Position numbers and translations under genes: made by a program | Notes under the pieces: generated by a model | Seen by the model: only the letters and a program-made list of their open reading frames with translations | The model's database searches: none | Told to the model about the DNA's origin: nothing | Part shown: positions 35,001 through 50,000 of the stretch, one piece after another | Numbering within the stretch: position 1 is the first letter of the stretch | Layout of the letters: every line of letters begins with the position of its first letter | Assembly: GCA_964199315.1 (NCBI GenBank) | Contig: OZ116699.1 | Coordinates: 25,606,001-25,670,000 of the forward strand | Length of the DNA: 64,000 nt | Direction of reading: 5' to 3' | Origin: Orbicella franksi | Lineage: Eukaryota

Positions 35001-36202
35001 GCTTTTAGGTTATGCACATACAATCATTCAATATTTGAACCACATTGAACCGTCTGAATGAAAAGTTTGGAATAAATTCCTGACTACCTTGAGTATTGGT
35101 GCCACTATAACAAGTAAAGTAATTGATTGTTACTTTGATTGTTGATTGTTATTGTTGATTGTTATTGTTCCAGGTCTCTCCATGAAAATCTTAGCTGGGA
35201 GACTATTTTTCTAGCTACAACCCTAGTGTAGCCATCCAAACAATCTTCCCCAGACTTCCACGGAAGTCAGTTTATCATTATGCGCATAGTTAGCTCTTTG
35301 TTTTCCGAAACAATATTTCCTCGACTCGTTTACTCACCAGGGCAGCAAAACATCTTGTTTGCTTCCCGCTAATTTAGCCTCACCGGAAACATAACGAGAA
35401 ACGATGTTTCCGCAACAAAGTTTCCTACTTTAGCCAGGCCTGTACAGAATTATCAGCTTGAAAAAGAAGACCCCGCGCGCGCAGTCTCTCGACATGAAAG
35501 TCGGTTCCTTGTCAGAGAGAGCTGAACAAAAATTATACACAAGTGTAACGCTTAATACTTATATCTAGCCTACACACACAAAAAAAATAGAAGCTACCTT
35601 GAAAAAGGAAGCTAGAAGAGCTTTTAACGTTCATATTAGCGACGGGATTTTTAAATTTTCTGATTCTTAGGCGGCCGTCGTTCACGACTCCGTTCATCGG
35701 GGTTCACCGCAGCTGCACATTTTCATGAACAAGATATTAGGCTACCTACTCGCAGAAACCCTTCAAAACCATAGGACTCTTAAGAAATGTTTCTAAATAA
35801 TGCAAAGAATCGATTTAAACTTCCAAGACTTAAACTTACCCTAACTTGAAAGGATGAAGAAGCCTTCACCTGCTGCTCTGAAAATCAGCTGTGCTTTTCG
35901 ACACACACGAAAGAGTTCATCTGCTAGGTTCGGCCTAGCCCCTCACGGTTGAACTAGAGTTAAACTACAAACCTCCCCTCCCCACCCCTGCCGGGGATCG
36001 TGCCGGGTCGATTTTGTGCTACATTTCTTTTATAAATAGTCGTGATAGGTTTAGTATAAATATTGTAACTTCTTCTTCGAGATACTTTTCATCTTAATGG
36101 AAAACATAGTCGTTACCCGCAGTCACAATTTTAGAAGCTCGAGTCCGCTTAAATCGACTTTGGGGTGGGGACTGGTGTCTGACCTTGTGAAAAGATCACA
36201 AC

Positions 36203-39200
36203 ATGGCGACCAGCGGAACCGATAAACTCTTCTATCGAGATTTTAAGCATGTGATAAACTATTTGGAAACACAAAAGCAACTGATGGATGCTCATATGGT
36301 GGACTTCTTCACCTCGAATCACTGGGAAACTCTCCTACCGAAAAACATCAGACAAGATTTAGAATCACTTCCACAGCACCAGCTCACGTCTTTGCCGAAC
36401 GCTTGTACGGAATCCACAGATTTCGAAAGATTCGGCGAAAACCTAAAGACGTTTCTCAAAGACGCTAGACTAGCACAGCTCAAGAGCTTTTCTTGGGTAA
36501 AGGACCAAAAGGAGTTTACTAGTGAAAACAGGGTGGATTTTATTTCACACATAATGACACCAAAAAAATCTTATGAAGTGGATGTTATGTCAGATGTAAT
36601 CAACAGATTGGTCAAGCAATTTCAAGTCACCAAGGTAAATATTCCTTTCTCTGGTCCGCCCTTGTTTTATTTTGCTGATATCTCATTGTTGGTTAACTAT
36701 GTATCTATCACTGTGGGCCATACCCATATTTTTATCCTTCCCACCATGGACCGGTGGTGACTCAAAAGTTTCTATTCTTTAAACCTTTAAGAAAATGATA
36801 AAAGCTGAACTGCCAACAGTAAAACCTCGACAGACAGAAATGCCCAGAAGAATACCCTCTGATGTTTTTATACCCTGGCCCTTAAAAGAAAACCAACTTT
36901 CTTCTGAACCCCCCAAAAAGTCAAAAGATCAGAAATGCCATCAGGACAACCTTGCAGAAATTCTGGGGACTTCCCTAAATCTAGTTCTCCTTCAGAAAAT
37001 CTCATGAACAACAGGATGGCCCAACCCCTTTCAGGGAAGAGGGGAGGAGAAAGAGAGAGAATGTTTTCATATTAAACTCCTGATCCAAATGCTCAGAATT
37101 CACATGGGAGCTGTTCACATTTGAAATAAGTAGTTCAGTGGTTAGGGTATCTGACTCGTGTGAAGAAGATTGTGGGTTTGATTCCTTCAGTGCTTTCCTT
37201 CACAGTTGATTTGTGTTTTTTCCAGAAAATATCCATACCCCTCCCATGGAAGATTTTCTTGATAGTTTGAACTCCCAACCCCCTGGAAATTCTGGTATAG
37301 ATGAATTCATACTTTCCTTTGAAACATTTTTGCTTTGGAAATTAATCCCCCTCCCCCTTGAAATGCCGACCTTCCTTGAGGTACAGTACCGACTGAAATC
37401 ATATGCATATCGGGCATGGGTTTCACAAGGTGGATGTACAGGTATGGATATTTTCTGGAACTGCACATTATTGGGTCTCATGAAATGCTTCTGCCTTGTG
37501 ACAGCTGCTGGCACAGCTGCTTAAATCTACACTAAACATTCTTTCTTGTCTATGTTTTAGACCAATAACAGCTTTTTTCCCAAAGAGGAATATAAGGAGT
37601 ATCAGATTTTTGTCTATCCCATGCTCAATGGGGTGTACATTATCCGAAATATAACTCTTACTATGTACTTTTTCAGATTTTGGATCTTGGAAGTGGTAAA
37701 GGCTACCTCAGTCAACATTTAGCATTGCAATATGGATTAAATGTCATAGGGGTTGATTCCTCTCATAGTAATACACAAAATGCAGTGAAAAGAAATGAAA
37801 GACTTTTGAAAGCATGGAAAGGACTAGCGAGAAAGTTTCAAAGAGAAAAGGTCAATGCCTCAAGTAATTTAGCTGAAGGAAATATCACCTGTGGTCACCT
37901 TGACTCACAACCACTAGGAAGATCTTTAGATGTAGGAAATACAAAGGATGGTTATTCAGAATCATTGTCAAAATACTGTAATCATATAACTTGTCCCATT
38001 TCACATGTTTGTAGCCATGATGATAACAATATACATGTAGATACCATTGGTCTGAATAAGGCATCCATCATTGATCAACAAAAAGCCTCATGTGTGTGCA
38101 ATCCAATGCAAAGTATAATTGGAGCTGGAAGCAAACAACCCATTGTTTCAGAAGCTGATGTTGTAGAATCTAAGCATTCTACAGATGTGACATGTAAATC
38201 TAAGCTTGCAACAGAAGCCAGCTCACAAGAGACCTTTTCGCAGTCATCAGTGCCATCATTAAATTCTCAACATTGTGACAGTGCAACACATTGTGACATG
38301 CTATGCAGAAACATGTCTGGTAAGATAACTGATTCAGGACTTGCTGCTAATGTAGTGAATTCAAAGTCACAACAACCACAGACTGTAAGCCCAACTTCAT
38401 TTGTCCCTGTTACTGGTTTTGTTGATCAATCATTTGTCGCTAATGGAGGGCTTACAAGACTTTTCGATGATCTAGGAACTTCTGATGGTGTTACCACAGG
38501 ATGTAATGGAATGTTCATAGTTGGCTTGCACACATGTGGTGACCTAGCTCCAATGGCACTACGAATCTTTGTGAGTGAGGCCTCTGTCAGAGTGATTTGT
38601 ATTGTTGGCTGCTGTTATCACCTTGTTTCACAGGAATTCAGAGGTGGGAACAAGACTGATATCTCTTGAGTTACTGACATAACAAGACATCTACGTACAT
38701 GTACAATTCTTTTCCCCATTGAAGCTGCCCGTCCTTCTTAGTTGGTGGGGTCTTGGCATGAGGAATGGGTGGCTCTAGAGACACATGATTTGATTGGCTA
38801 GTCATTTTTGGACTAAGATTTTATCTAATGCTGGTTTCATTCTTGAAAATATCCACTAGTTGATTTCAAACTAAAACTGTTCGATTACAGCACCTACAGT
38901 ACATTAGTACATGCCCCTTACTTCAGGAAGTTTAAAACTGGCGTACTGGAGAATTTTCAGTTAAGTCCGTCATACACATGTAAATGTCATTTCTGGCCAG
39001 AATTTTACTTTGGAAGTTAAAGATCTGTACATGTAGGTGTTTTAAGAGAAAGGTTTTAGTTAGATATCTTTGGTAATATATGACAACAGTGTTGAATTAG
39101 TGAAAATTGTAGTCTAAGAAACTAGTGTCTCCAAAGCCAGCTTTAAATAATATTGTACCAAGACCCAGTTGGGGGACAGGCAGGTATCAGGACGAGAATG

Positions 39201-39823
39201 GTACATTTGTATTATTTTATAATTTGTCGGTACTAAACTTGACACACTGTATATTTGTCCACAAACATCTCAGGCAACAAAAAAGTTTATCTAATTAATG
39301 TAATACAACAAGTTCAAAACTTGAACATGAGATGTCCATTATACTTGTACATGTATCTAACTATTAAAATATAAATATTATTTTTTTTGTTATTTTTTTG
39401 TTGTAACAACAGTTGAACCTTCACCTGAAGCCATTTCTGCATATTGGACAGGATGGTTTCTCCCAACAATACATCCAACAGTATACTTTTCAGTCTTGTT
39501 AAAATGTCCTTGTCAGTGGCCACTTCTCCACCTACACTGTAGTCCAATTAATTCTGCCCCAGGGTGGGCTGGCCATGGTAGAGATCAAGTCTTAAATTTA
39601 GTAATACAGTACATGTAACATATCATAATGACTTTTCCAGCATCTGATGATACTGCAGATAACCCAGGCTTTCCCATGAGCCAGTTCTTAAAGCCTTTTA
39701 GACTTCACATAAGCAGAAATGCCACAATGGTTGCACAGCAGGTACTAAACTATTAATAGTTTATTTTTCACTGGAGAAATGATTCTCAAAAATTAATATT
39801 ATTTGTTATTAATTACTGATTAC

Positions 39824-39857
<34 letters not shown>

Positions 39858-42800
39858 GTTACTATTATTATTATATTATGTAATAATTATACTTATTGTT
39901 ATTATTTATCATTACTTTGTATTTCAATTTATATTATTTCTCCAAGATTTGTACATGAAATGTACTTGACTGTGCTAAAATGTTCCTTATGTTTATATCC
40001 AGGCAGCAGACAGAATTGCTATGGAGTCAAAGGTATATACCATGGTAAAGCTGTTTAATTTGTCAGTAGTAAATGTACAAGAAAAAACTGCATTATGCAT
40101 GTACAGTGATGTCTTAAGTACATGTAATCTGATGGTTACTTGTAAAAAATTAACAGTTTTCCTTAGTGGCTATTCACATTATTATTTTGCCCTTGATCAA
40201 GCTCATGCAAATTAATACAATGCAGGTGTAGTGATTCTCTAAGACACTGTGTTGACTAGTAGTACTGTCATTTTCAAATGACATCACGGAAGCCATCTCA
40301 AATTGGGAAAGGGTCACTTCTTTTAAGCAAAAATTCCTTTAGTTGCTGCACCAATATGGCTGGTGTGAAAATGCTGCATTACACTTTTTCTAAAGAAAAA
40401 CTGAAAGCAGTAAATATATACTGTGTCCCTAATTGCCTGTGTGTGACCAATTGTTTCAGTGTCCACCTCCAAGTGTACTGTACAGAGCAGTTCTTCAGGT
40501 AAATCACTCTCATCAAGTAATAATATCTACACTGTATAGACAGATAAGAAGACAACACACATCTAGTATTTGAATATTTGAGCCACAGTTTTAAAAGCAT
40601 CCAACACTTGGTCTTCTTTAAATTGGTATACTTTCTAGCATAAAATCCCTTGAAAGGTCATTGAAGATTCTGACGTGGGGGTCACAAAAGTCACAAATTT
40701 TAAAGGAAAGTGTAAAGCTGTAGTGGAATTTCCGCAAGGGTAGCAGAAGGCAAAAGACATTGAAATACATTTTGTTGAATATTTTAGGGAAATGGTGAAA
40801 TCTTTGAGCACAGTGTGGACCACATGTACATTGGAAAATTGTGTTGGTTTTGGAGTGAAAAAATTAATAACTATAGACATTTTCAAATAATTGTCTTTGA
40901 TAAATTATGTCACTTGAGATTCACACTATGAAGAACTTACTGTCAAATAGTTTACATGCATTGCTTTTGTAATGTTTCAGACTGCTTGGGTTGACTTGTT
41001 TAACTGATCACTTTTTTAGGTAATTTTGAAAGAGAAGTTTGACTTGGATGGCAGGTTGGTAAAAGTGTCTGTTTTCATGCGTAATTTTATCTATTTTATT
41101 TATTTATCAGCTCAACCTGTTTTACTAGATATTACTGTCAATGTACTTGCCCGGGGATGTGGATTGAAGGGGGGGGGGGGTGGGGGTGTGGGCGGGGACT
41201 CCCATATAGAAAGGACAGAGGTACTCATTGTACCTCAAAGCATTTAAAAAAGCAGTTTTGGTAGCTCTTAGGTGTTAAGCCTCAAAAGGTCCACAGCTGG
41301 AGCTTTTGTGGTACCTTTTAGGGTATTGAGGCGAAAAAATACGGCAAAAGATAAAATGTGTTATGTAAGAATTGGTACTAATCTTAGGGGAGAAAAAAAA
41401 TTTCAAGCCAAACCCACAAAACTTTCAAAATTTCCGACGAGTATCCTGTCCTTTTTATGAGGGAGTCCCCCCCTTCCCCCCCTTCCCCCCCCCCCCCACT
41501 CCGGATAAATTGTTTAAAAAATGCATCTTCTCTGCTTAATTTGTTAAATGGTCCAAAAAGGGAAGAGTTTCCTCAACTTGAAACAAGCTAATTTCAACCA
41601 ATGGATGTGTCACATTTTGTTTACACTACCATGTACAGTATGGATATGTGTACAGTTGAGCACATAACTGATTTAATGTCAGGTATAAAAATCTATAACA
41701 CTATTAATAACTTACCAGGTACGTATCTTGCATGTTTCTGGCCTTCCTACTTTAAGTTACCAGTAGCATAAAGTTGCTTATTTATTAAAGGTGTCTGGAA
41801 AACCTTCTTGTTGCTATCGCTTTCAAACGCTAATCTGCGTAATTAAGCTGCTTTCGCGTTCATGAAAAAACTTGATATTCAGAACTAAATCTCTGCTTGG
41901 TAAATTTTAGGTCAAGTTGTTGATTTATTTGCCTTTCTTCACATTTACAAGGAAATTCACTGAACGATAAAGCTGTGATTTCAAAACTGCGACACTGTAA
42001 CTACTAAGCCACACTCCTCCTTATTTGCTGCCTGTTCACTCTCTGCCCTGGATGACTAGGCACTGTACACTCTAGTTCTGATTCTGTTAATTTTCAGAGG
42101 AATGCATGTTGGCAAAGCTGGGGCAAAATGTAAGGATTTCAAGGAGTATGTCCACAAATGTCTGAAAAAACTGGGTTTGGAGGACCGGATAAGCGAGGTT
42201 TGTTTATCTCTTTAGTGTCCTACATGTGTACTGAAGTGTCCTCGGCGCAAGTATGTCTCCGCCTTGGTTTTTTGTTTTGTTTGTCTTTTGTTGGATTGTT
42301 ATAACATTGTTCACTATGTACCTCATCTTCATCGGAAGTTTTCAGACGGAGAATTGGAATCATACCTGGAAAGATTCATAAATCAAGAAAAACAACTCCA
42401 CGCCTTTCATCAGGTGAGGTCATGTTTTCTTGGAGTCTCAAATGTACGTTGGAGAAAAGGGGAGTTAAGTTTTCCGTGAGAGCCACACGACAGTTGTCAG
42501 TGTTAGAGGGCTGGAGTCAAGCAGTAAGATGCATGACCCAGTAGCGTGCGAAGCAGTTGTGACGTTTTTACCTCAGACGAGTACCGTTTTGGAGTGTGTT
42601 GATCTAGCGTTATGTTCTTGTTCAATCGAACAGAGCATTAATGAACAGAACTTTTGTGGATTAACTCGACTAAATATGTTAATAACTTCAAGCTAGAGAA
42701 CTCCACTATGTGTTTTTAATCGCCTCTAGCCATAACCAACTTATTTTGTTTCCCTTCAACAGCTTAGAGCAGCTATTGCCCCCTGTATCGAGAGTGTGTT

Positions 42801-43377
42801 TCTCTTGGACAGATTATCTTACCTCTATGAACAGGTACTCTTGAGTTGAAAAAAAATATATTAATCCTATAAAGCTAAACCGGAGTAGATATCAACCAGT
42901 GACTTTGAAAAATGTTGAAACTCAAAGAAAGCTACGGCGTCAAAGATCGCAAAACGACAGAGAAATAGAGTTAACTGAAAACGAATCGCCATACATTATG
43001 TATATAAACATACAGAATTTGCGTCAGAACAAGTAGTTTAAAGTGGCGATTTGGTGTTTGAGTATTTAAACACCTTGGCCAAGTTATTGTTCCCTCCCGT
43101 TAGAAATCTGAGAAACACGAGTTGAGTAATGAAATCTGAGTTGAACAAAGCTCGACCCTTAGGGGAATGTGTGTATTCTTTTTCCTGTAACAGAAAGGTC
43201 CGTCGTAGGAGTGATTCATATCTCAAACCTGTGAAAATTGTTTCTTAATGTCTGGACGCTACCTTAACATTTTTCGTGTTTCATGTTCAACAGGGCTACA
43301 AGTCTGCCTGTGTCGTAAGGCTGTTTGATCCTGTGAAGTCCCCGAGATGTTATGCAATCATTGCTCACAAAACATAA
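36203..43377 (+). CDS. METTL25: Methyltransferase-like protein 25 (~644 aa, 10 exons)
   Basis: Exons: 36203-36634, 37677-38643, 39641-39741, 40003-40032, 40460-40498, 41020-41054, 42098-42197, 42339-42413, 42763-42834, 43294-43377 (1935 nt, in frame). Motifs: DAHMVDFF, MTPKKSYEV, LDLGSGKGYLS, GLHTCGDLA, VGCCYH, GFPMS, LLDRLSYL, LFDPVKSPRCYA. The long low-complexity insert after SAM-binding motif I favours METTL25 over RRNAD1/METTL25B. Confidence 0.9.
37212..37467. mobile_element. 256-bp MITE in METTL25 intron 1
   Basis: TIRs TGTGTTTTTTCCAGAAAATATCCATACC / GGTATGGATATTTTCTGGAACTGCACA. Confidence 0.75.
39818..39912. repeat. (TAT)n microsatellite
   Basis: Imperfect ATT/TAT run in a METTL25 intron. 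Confidence 0.9.
41150..41504. mobile_element. MITE with G/C-run termini
   Basis: CCCGGGG...GGGGACTCCCATAT at the left and TTTTATGAGGGAGTCCCCCC...CCGG at the right are inverse-related. Confidence 0.6.
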
Positions 43378-44866
43378 ATCAAAATTCTTCCAGCGAACAA
43401 GAAATCAAGAGACGAATTCGCAGATATTCATGCATGTAGCCAACAGTAACTGAATTGAACTTTGTGACTACCAATATCTGCCAAATCCGTCACTTTACCC
43501 TGTTTTCAAAGCTTCGGAGCATGAACAAGTGCCATTGGTAGGAAATCCTCCGAGGAAATACGGCGTTTCTATTGGCCAACGCCAAGAACATTGCTTGCAT
43601 ACGCTACCTCACTTAATAACCTAAGGAGGACTTAGTGTGACGGAAACAGGGAGTGGAATCTTTATTTCTTTGGTGCGTACTGCATTAGAATGAGAGCTTC
43701 CATGCTCAATGGTGAGAGTGGAATCACGCCTTCCATGAGGCAGGCTGCTTCCCGCTGGCTTTAGTGGTTCTTTTAGGATCTCACTCCTTTGTTGCTGACC
43801 TTGTGCCGACTGTACAATTAACATAGATTATCGACTATCAAATTAAAATTGCTTTTATTCAAAACTTGCATTCAGTAGTAGTATTAAAGTCTAATGTCAT
43901 CATCTAAGATACAAGAATGGTTGCTAAAGACTACAGTATATTGAATTTTATAAGCAAAATTTACGTGTTCAAAAAAAAAATAATAATCTGAGACGGAAAT
44001 CATGATAACAAATCGAAGGAAAATGTTCGCCTATTAAGACTACCACGATGTTGATTTTTTAGAATCTCTAAATACGTACAATATTATTGCAGATATTCTT
44101 GTCGAAAAACTTTATTTTCCCCACCCACAATTATTTCTGATACACTTTACTGTAACCTTATTTACTATTGACGCTTCCCCAAGTTAACTAGGCTGGTCGT
44201 AGAAAGGAATTAATCGTGAACGTCTTGACTTCAAATCACGTAACAACACTAATCTAAACGTTCGTGCTGATGTCACGATGAAATTTTCAAACCTATGTGA
44301 CGAAAGAAATTATTGAATTACATTCTTTCTTGAAAAAAAAAATGATTATAGCTAAACTTTACTTCTACTTTTAATTACAAAAACATTTTCACTCCTCACA
44401 CCACAATACCCAGTCGGTGATGGAAAGCACAAAGGGAAAACTGAAACTCGTTTACTTTTTCTGGAGAAAATTTCAAGCACTATTTCATCTTGAGAATATG
44501 TAGTTACTCTGCGCAAGGCAAACCAGAGTTTAAAAATGCGCTTATTTTAAACATAACTTGGATGGTCAGTAGAGTATCAATCCCTCCCTTTATGCCCTCC
44601 AACCAGGGCCTTGTTGTTTTGTTTGCTTTAGCTTTTTATTGTACTCCTGTACAAGTCCTTGTCACAACACAGCAACATTTTAGGTACAAAATCAGTTTTG
44701 TGAACATTGCTATCACCTCCAATTACCCGGAATAGAAATATACCTTTTTATCGTCCACAGGACGCAGTTTTTCTTGGCCTGCTGAACAATCATACCTAAA
44801 ACAACAATCGCTACCATCTCGAAGAGATGCACGTTAAGACTGTGTCCAGTCGAATCAAGTCCCATT

Positions 44867-47005
44867 CTAGCTCGCTGAGTCTCCGTTCGAATTTTCCACA
44901 TTATTGCCAGAGTCCATTGCAGCCAAAATCTTGGAGACCTGAGCCCGTTTTGCTGTGGTCATTTGTTGAGTGATGTGCACAATGGAGTCCATTGCTACTT
45001 CAGGGTTTTCTTGTACAAGTCTGCAGTAGACGAAACAGAACCTCTTACCTACCAAGCATCAATATCATTTTAATACTAAGTGCACCTCAAAACCTCAAGT
45101 GCAGCTGGCTATTTCTGATAAATTTCTACGTGCTTACAGTAGAGTTGCTTTCGTTTTATCCTGACGACAAATAGACGAAAAAATGTCAAGCCACGCCTAG
45201 GGACAAAGAAAACGCTGACTTCTCTGCGCAAATGCAGGTAGATTCCTCACTGCTTTCGTGTCAGTCCATCCCCTTCTCTTGCTCCGTTACACAAGTTCTT
45301 GTAATTACGTTTTGGACATACAAGCTAAACAAACAAACAGAGATTTGCTCCATCGGATCAATAGACTACTAGTTTGATTTTAATAAGGATAGCAATGAGA
45401 CTGCATATCTCAAACCTCTACGAGCCACGGGAATAAACTCCTATTTAATCTATCACGCTCAAGCAGAATCCATGGTGTTATGCCTTGCGGGCAGCCTTAT
45501 ACAATGGGTTCATATGTTCTATCTCAAAAACAGCCGTCTTAAACCACAGGCATCAACTAAGTGGTTGTTTTCTTTCGCTGTGGTACAATCCATTTTGTTA
45601 CGCCTTGTACATGTAGGCAGACAACAATGTTCCAAAATACTCACGTCTTGATCTGTCGTAGAATCCAGTCCCTGCTGATCCACTTGACATTTTCGTCAAT
45701 AACAGAGTGTTCAGCTTGACTCAACTCTTTCTCCAGCCACTCCACAACTGATTTGTTGTCGTTCCACAAGTACGACTACAGCATAAATAGAAAGAGAGTG
45801 AATTGAAAATACGTTTTCTTTTAAGGATGAACAAAAAAACTGTAAAATCTGTATCAGAAAATGTGAATCAACGCTTACCTTAGTGTTTCCATGTGCCTCA
45901 AGAAACAGCCTCTCCAGCATAGAACACAGCTGCCGACTTGAAATATCACTACAGAAAACAAAAGATAAATTTAAAATTTCTTCCACATCAAACGGTGCCA
46001 TGGTGCAATATTTGTACTTACGGATTAGCATGCCTGATCTTCTTCTTTGCGTCTCTCGTCATCAAGATTCGCCTTAAACGCCAATAAAAGAACTGACGTG
46101 ACTCCTTCCACTTGAGTACCTCCTGAAAATGATGAAGTCCAGTTGAAACTCTATTTCGTTCTTATATTAGGTGTTTATGCAAAAGTGTCTCAGAACTTCT
46201 GCCTGAGAGACCAAAGCAGACTTGAAAATTTGGGTGGGCCGATTTTCCTAATCTATAGACAAAGTCCTTATGTAGACTTATGTAAAATGCCAGAGTTTCA
46301 ACTTTATTGATCGTTTTCCACCCAAGTTCTGGACATCAGCGCCATGATGGTCCTCGGAGGTTAATTCTCCACCAAATTTTAGGCAACTTTCAACGACTCC
46401 CTTACAGAGTAAGAAATAATTTCAAACACAACAAGAGTCTTTTACGCAATGCCCAGTGCTTAAGCTTCTATAGGTAGAGATATTAGCTCACAAGAATATT
46501 TCTGTTGCCTTTACCATCAATCAGAATGTAGGCCTTTTATAAGCAAATCGGGAGGAACCGAAAATGACTCTTTCAAGCGGAAGCTCTTAAAACGACCTCT
46601 AACCAAGCCTCTCAAGTTGTCTGCGTGCGTGCTAAGGGCTGTTTCGATATTAAGACGTCCTACTTAGGAAATTCCCAAACTAAATTCAACTACGTTGCTT
46701 TGAAGCGACAAGAAAGATGTCAGAAAAGCCTGATTACAACTGTGAAACACAAATACTAACGGCAATGACTCCCTTCTCCTGCATACGTCCTGGGGTGTCA
46801 TGGAGGTCTGCAAACTCTACGGAAACCTGTGAATATCAACACCTTTTAACAGACTTACAACATGATAACGTTATTTAGTCACACAAGTAGCCCTAATCAG
46901 TCGTTAATTGTCCACTGTCAAGTCTACGATGCAACAAACTGGCAAGTAAGTTAAGCTTAGCGCGGGAAAATTTTTGCGTACGGCCAAAAGAAACGTAAAA
47001 TAGTA

Positions 47006-47086
<81 letters not shown>

Positions 47087-50000
47087 CAAATTCACTTTGT
47101 TCAGTGTCATAAAATTCAGCACTGCCGTGCTACGCCATAAATGAAGGAACAAATATTGTAAACAAAACCCAAAATCTGTTGAAAGTCCCAACTGATTGGA
47201 GGCTGACCAGTTGCAAATAGCTATTTACAAGACATGGAGGAGTTGAATTCGAGACTACAGAACACAAATCCATGCAGTGACAGGGAGCATGTCTTGATCC
47301 TGGGACCTCTTCATAGGCTTGAGAATGTTACACGATCCCTACCCAAGACTGCAAACCTACCTATAAACCAGGTAAGCCTTTCTGTATTACATACAGGACA
47401 GCAACTTCAACAACTGCTATTTGCCTCGACTAACACGCAGACAGTAGAAATGCTATATGATTTTCTTTGCCACATTACCTGTTGATAAATGGGTAAAAGC
47501 TGTTCCTCACGTTCCTTCTGCTGTCTTTCCAGAGTTTTACGTTCTTTAACGGGTAGTTCTGAAATAAGGAAATCACAAGAAATACAAGGAGTTATACAAC
47601 GTCAAATAAATACATGGTCTCTCTTGCAGAATCGAACAAGACAACGTGGCTGGTGATATGATGCGACAAGCTGACAATTCCAATCAACAAAATGTTAAAC
47701 AAAGATGCTGAAATTCCCACATCTAACAGAACAGTAATTTAGTACACCATAATATCATGGACACGACACACCAAGTAAAAACTATCTTTCCGAGTATAAA
47801 GAGCCGTGTCTGTTACCTGCTGAGGCGAGGGCCTGGGTAATTACTTGACATTTGGTGTCCAGTCTGTGCATGGCTTTCACTAGATCCTTACGACGGAACT
47901 TGATTTCTACTGTACCAGCGGGTTCAAGTATTCCACCCCTGAAAAATATCACAAGGTTTACAGTGTGGTGCTTTTTCTATAAGCAAAATCTTTTCTCCGG
48001 TCTTGTTATTTCAGAGTGGATAACAAACGATTTGAAGACCTACACGTGGTTGACATCTCTGCATTGCGTTCAAAGTATGCGCAACGAAAATTATGGAGCT
48101 AACGTGTTTCCCAGTTAGGACGGTTAAAAACATTAATCAATTGCTTATGCAATTAGATGTTAGATGAACAAGTCGACCAATCATTGTTTGAAAGACGAAA
48201 ATGAGGGCTACTGAAATTAATAAGCAACTAACCCTTCCTAGATCTTACACAACCATTGCATGGGCAGATAACTGGTCAGGCACAACATCTCACCTGCTCT
48301 CCTGGTCAGCGTACATCTCCATCATCTCAGGGTTGATTGTTGGATCTACTACAACCCAGGCTCCTCCCCGTAGCTCTCCGTTGGGAGGAATGTAGATGAA
48401 CACTGGCTGTTCGTATTCTCGTAGAGCATCAACAATGTAGGCGCCATACTTCAACACGCTCTCGTACATGTCCTTCATTCCTGGCCGTACAAAAGAAATG
48501 TTTGTCAGCAACTGTTAACAACTTTGACGTGTACTGAGCAAGCTGGAAGGGGTTGGTCTTGTCCGTCTTTATTGACTATGAGCGGTACATTTAAAGCTGA
48601 CAAACAAAAATTTATTTTCTGATAGGGTCTGAGCATCATGGAACTCTTGTTATACCGATGCTAGCCCAACAAAAATCAATTTTAACTCAATCCAATCAGT
48701 TTTTACCTTGTCCACTTTTGACCACCCATATTCCGGTTGGTCTTAATTTTTTTGCCTTTTTCCATAATTTATTACAGTTATTCACGTTTTTCTCTATTCT
48801 TAGACCAGTTTCTGTGAGAAAATAGTGTGACCGCAGCCCACAAATGAAAACGATTCAATGAGTAACTCGTGGAACTTACATGTGCACCAACACAAACAGT
48901 GGTGACTTTGGAAAGTGAGTAATTGACAGATGAGGGTATTTCGTACTTGAATGATCTGACGTAACCTAGGACCTCGACCTAAGATGGGCAAGGTACCATG
49001 CTGTTGATACTTCATCCAACTTTAGGAAATTTAATCATAATACTGTGGTCATGACTTCTCCCTACCTCCAGAGAAGCCTCTCCAATTGGCAAAGATCATC
49101 AATGGCAACTGCTCTTTATTGAAGTCACGGATGGCTTGGGCAGTTTTATAGGCCGAGTCTGGGTACCACACTTGACCTGCTTGGGCTATGATCTGAAACG
49201 AATCGGGGAAAAAAAAAAAACATCAAGTTTGGGGGAAATTAGTTCCTTTACCAATCATTCATACGAAAAAACGCTACGGCCAGCTTCTTCTATGGTGCAA
49301 AATGACACCAGCGACTCCCCAGGCCAACTAGGGACAAACAAACGGATTCGGCTAACGTGCTTACATCCTTGTTGCCATCAAATTCAGACCACGTGATGAT
49401 CTATTAATCAGATATAAAGTGCACTGTTTAAAGCATCTACCTTGGCTTCGGAATCAGGATTTCCAGGATCAGCAGGAATGACAACTTCGACTGCTCTGGT
49501 TTCAACAGCAATCACTCCCATGGGAATACCACCCAACCTACAAAGATAAGCACGTAAATGAAATCATACGTGATTGATCATTATAACGCAAATGCTTCAT
49601 TAGTACATGCTACATTAGTACACCAGTCAGTGTACCAATCAGAACAATGGAACAAGGTTCTACCTGGCTCTTCCACATACAACAGTCTTTGCCCATCCGT
49701 CCAATGTTTCCACAAATGAACCGCGGTCAAAGAAACCACTTAGCCAGACATCTTTGTTGTCTGCAAAGGAGCACATCCTGTCAACAATTCTCCATAAATG
49801 AAGCAAATTTCAGTTGGCTTGATACAGCAAACTTCTATTGACAAGTTCACTTTGGATGGATGCATCAAGACCTTGTACGGCCTTTGTATGACATGGTGCC
49901 AGTCATGGCAGAAGTTGGGTAGAAACAGGACTCTAGCAACAACGCTTGTCGACAATTACACAGAAATGACACAATTTTTCCATTGGTATCATGCATCAAA

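Noticed and set aside
46904-47191. Poly-tyrosine ORF
   Set aside because: It is a translation of a (TAA)n microsatellite in an ACC intron.
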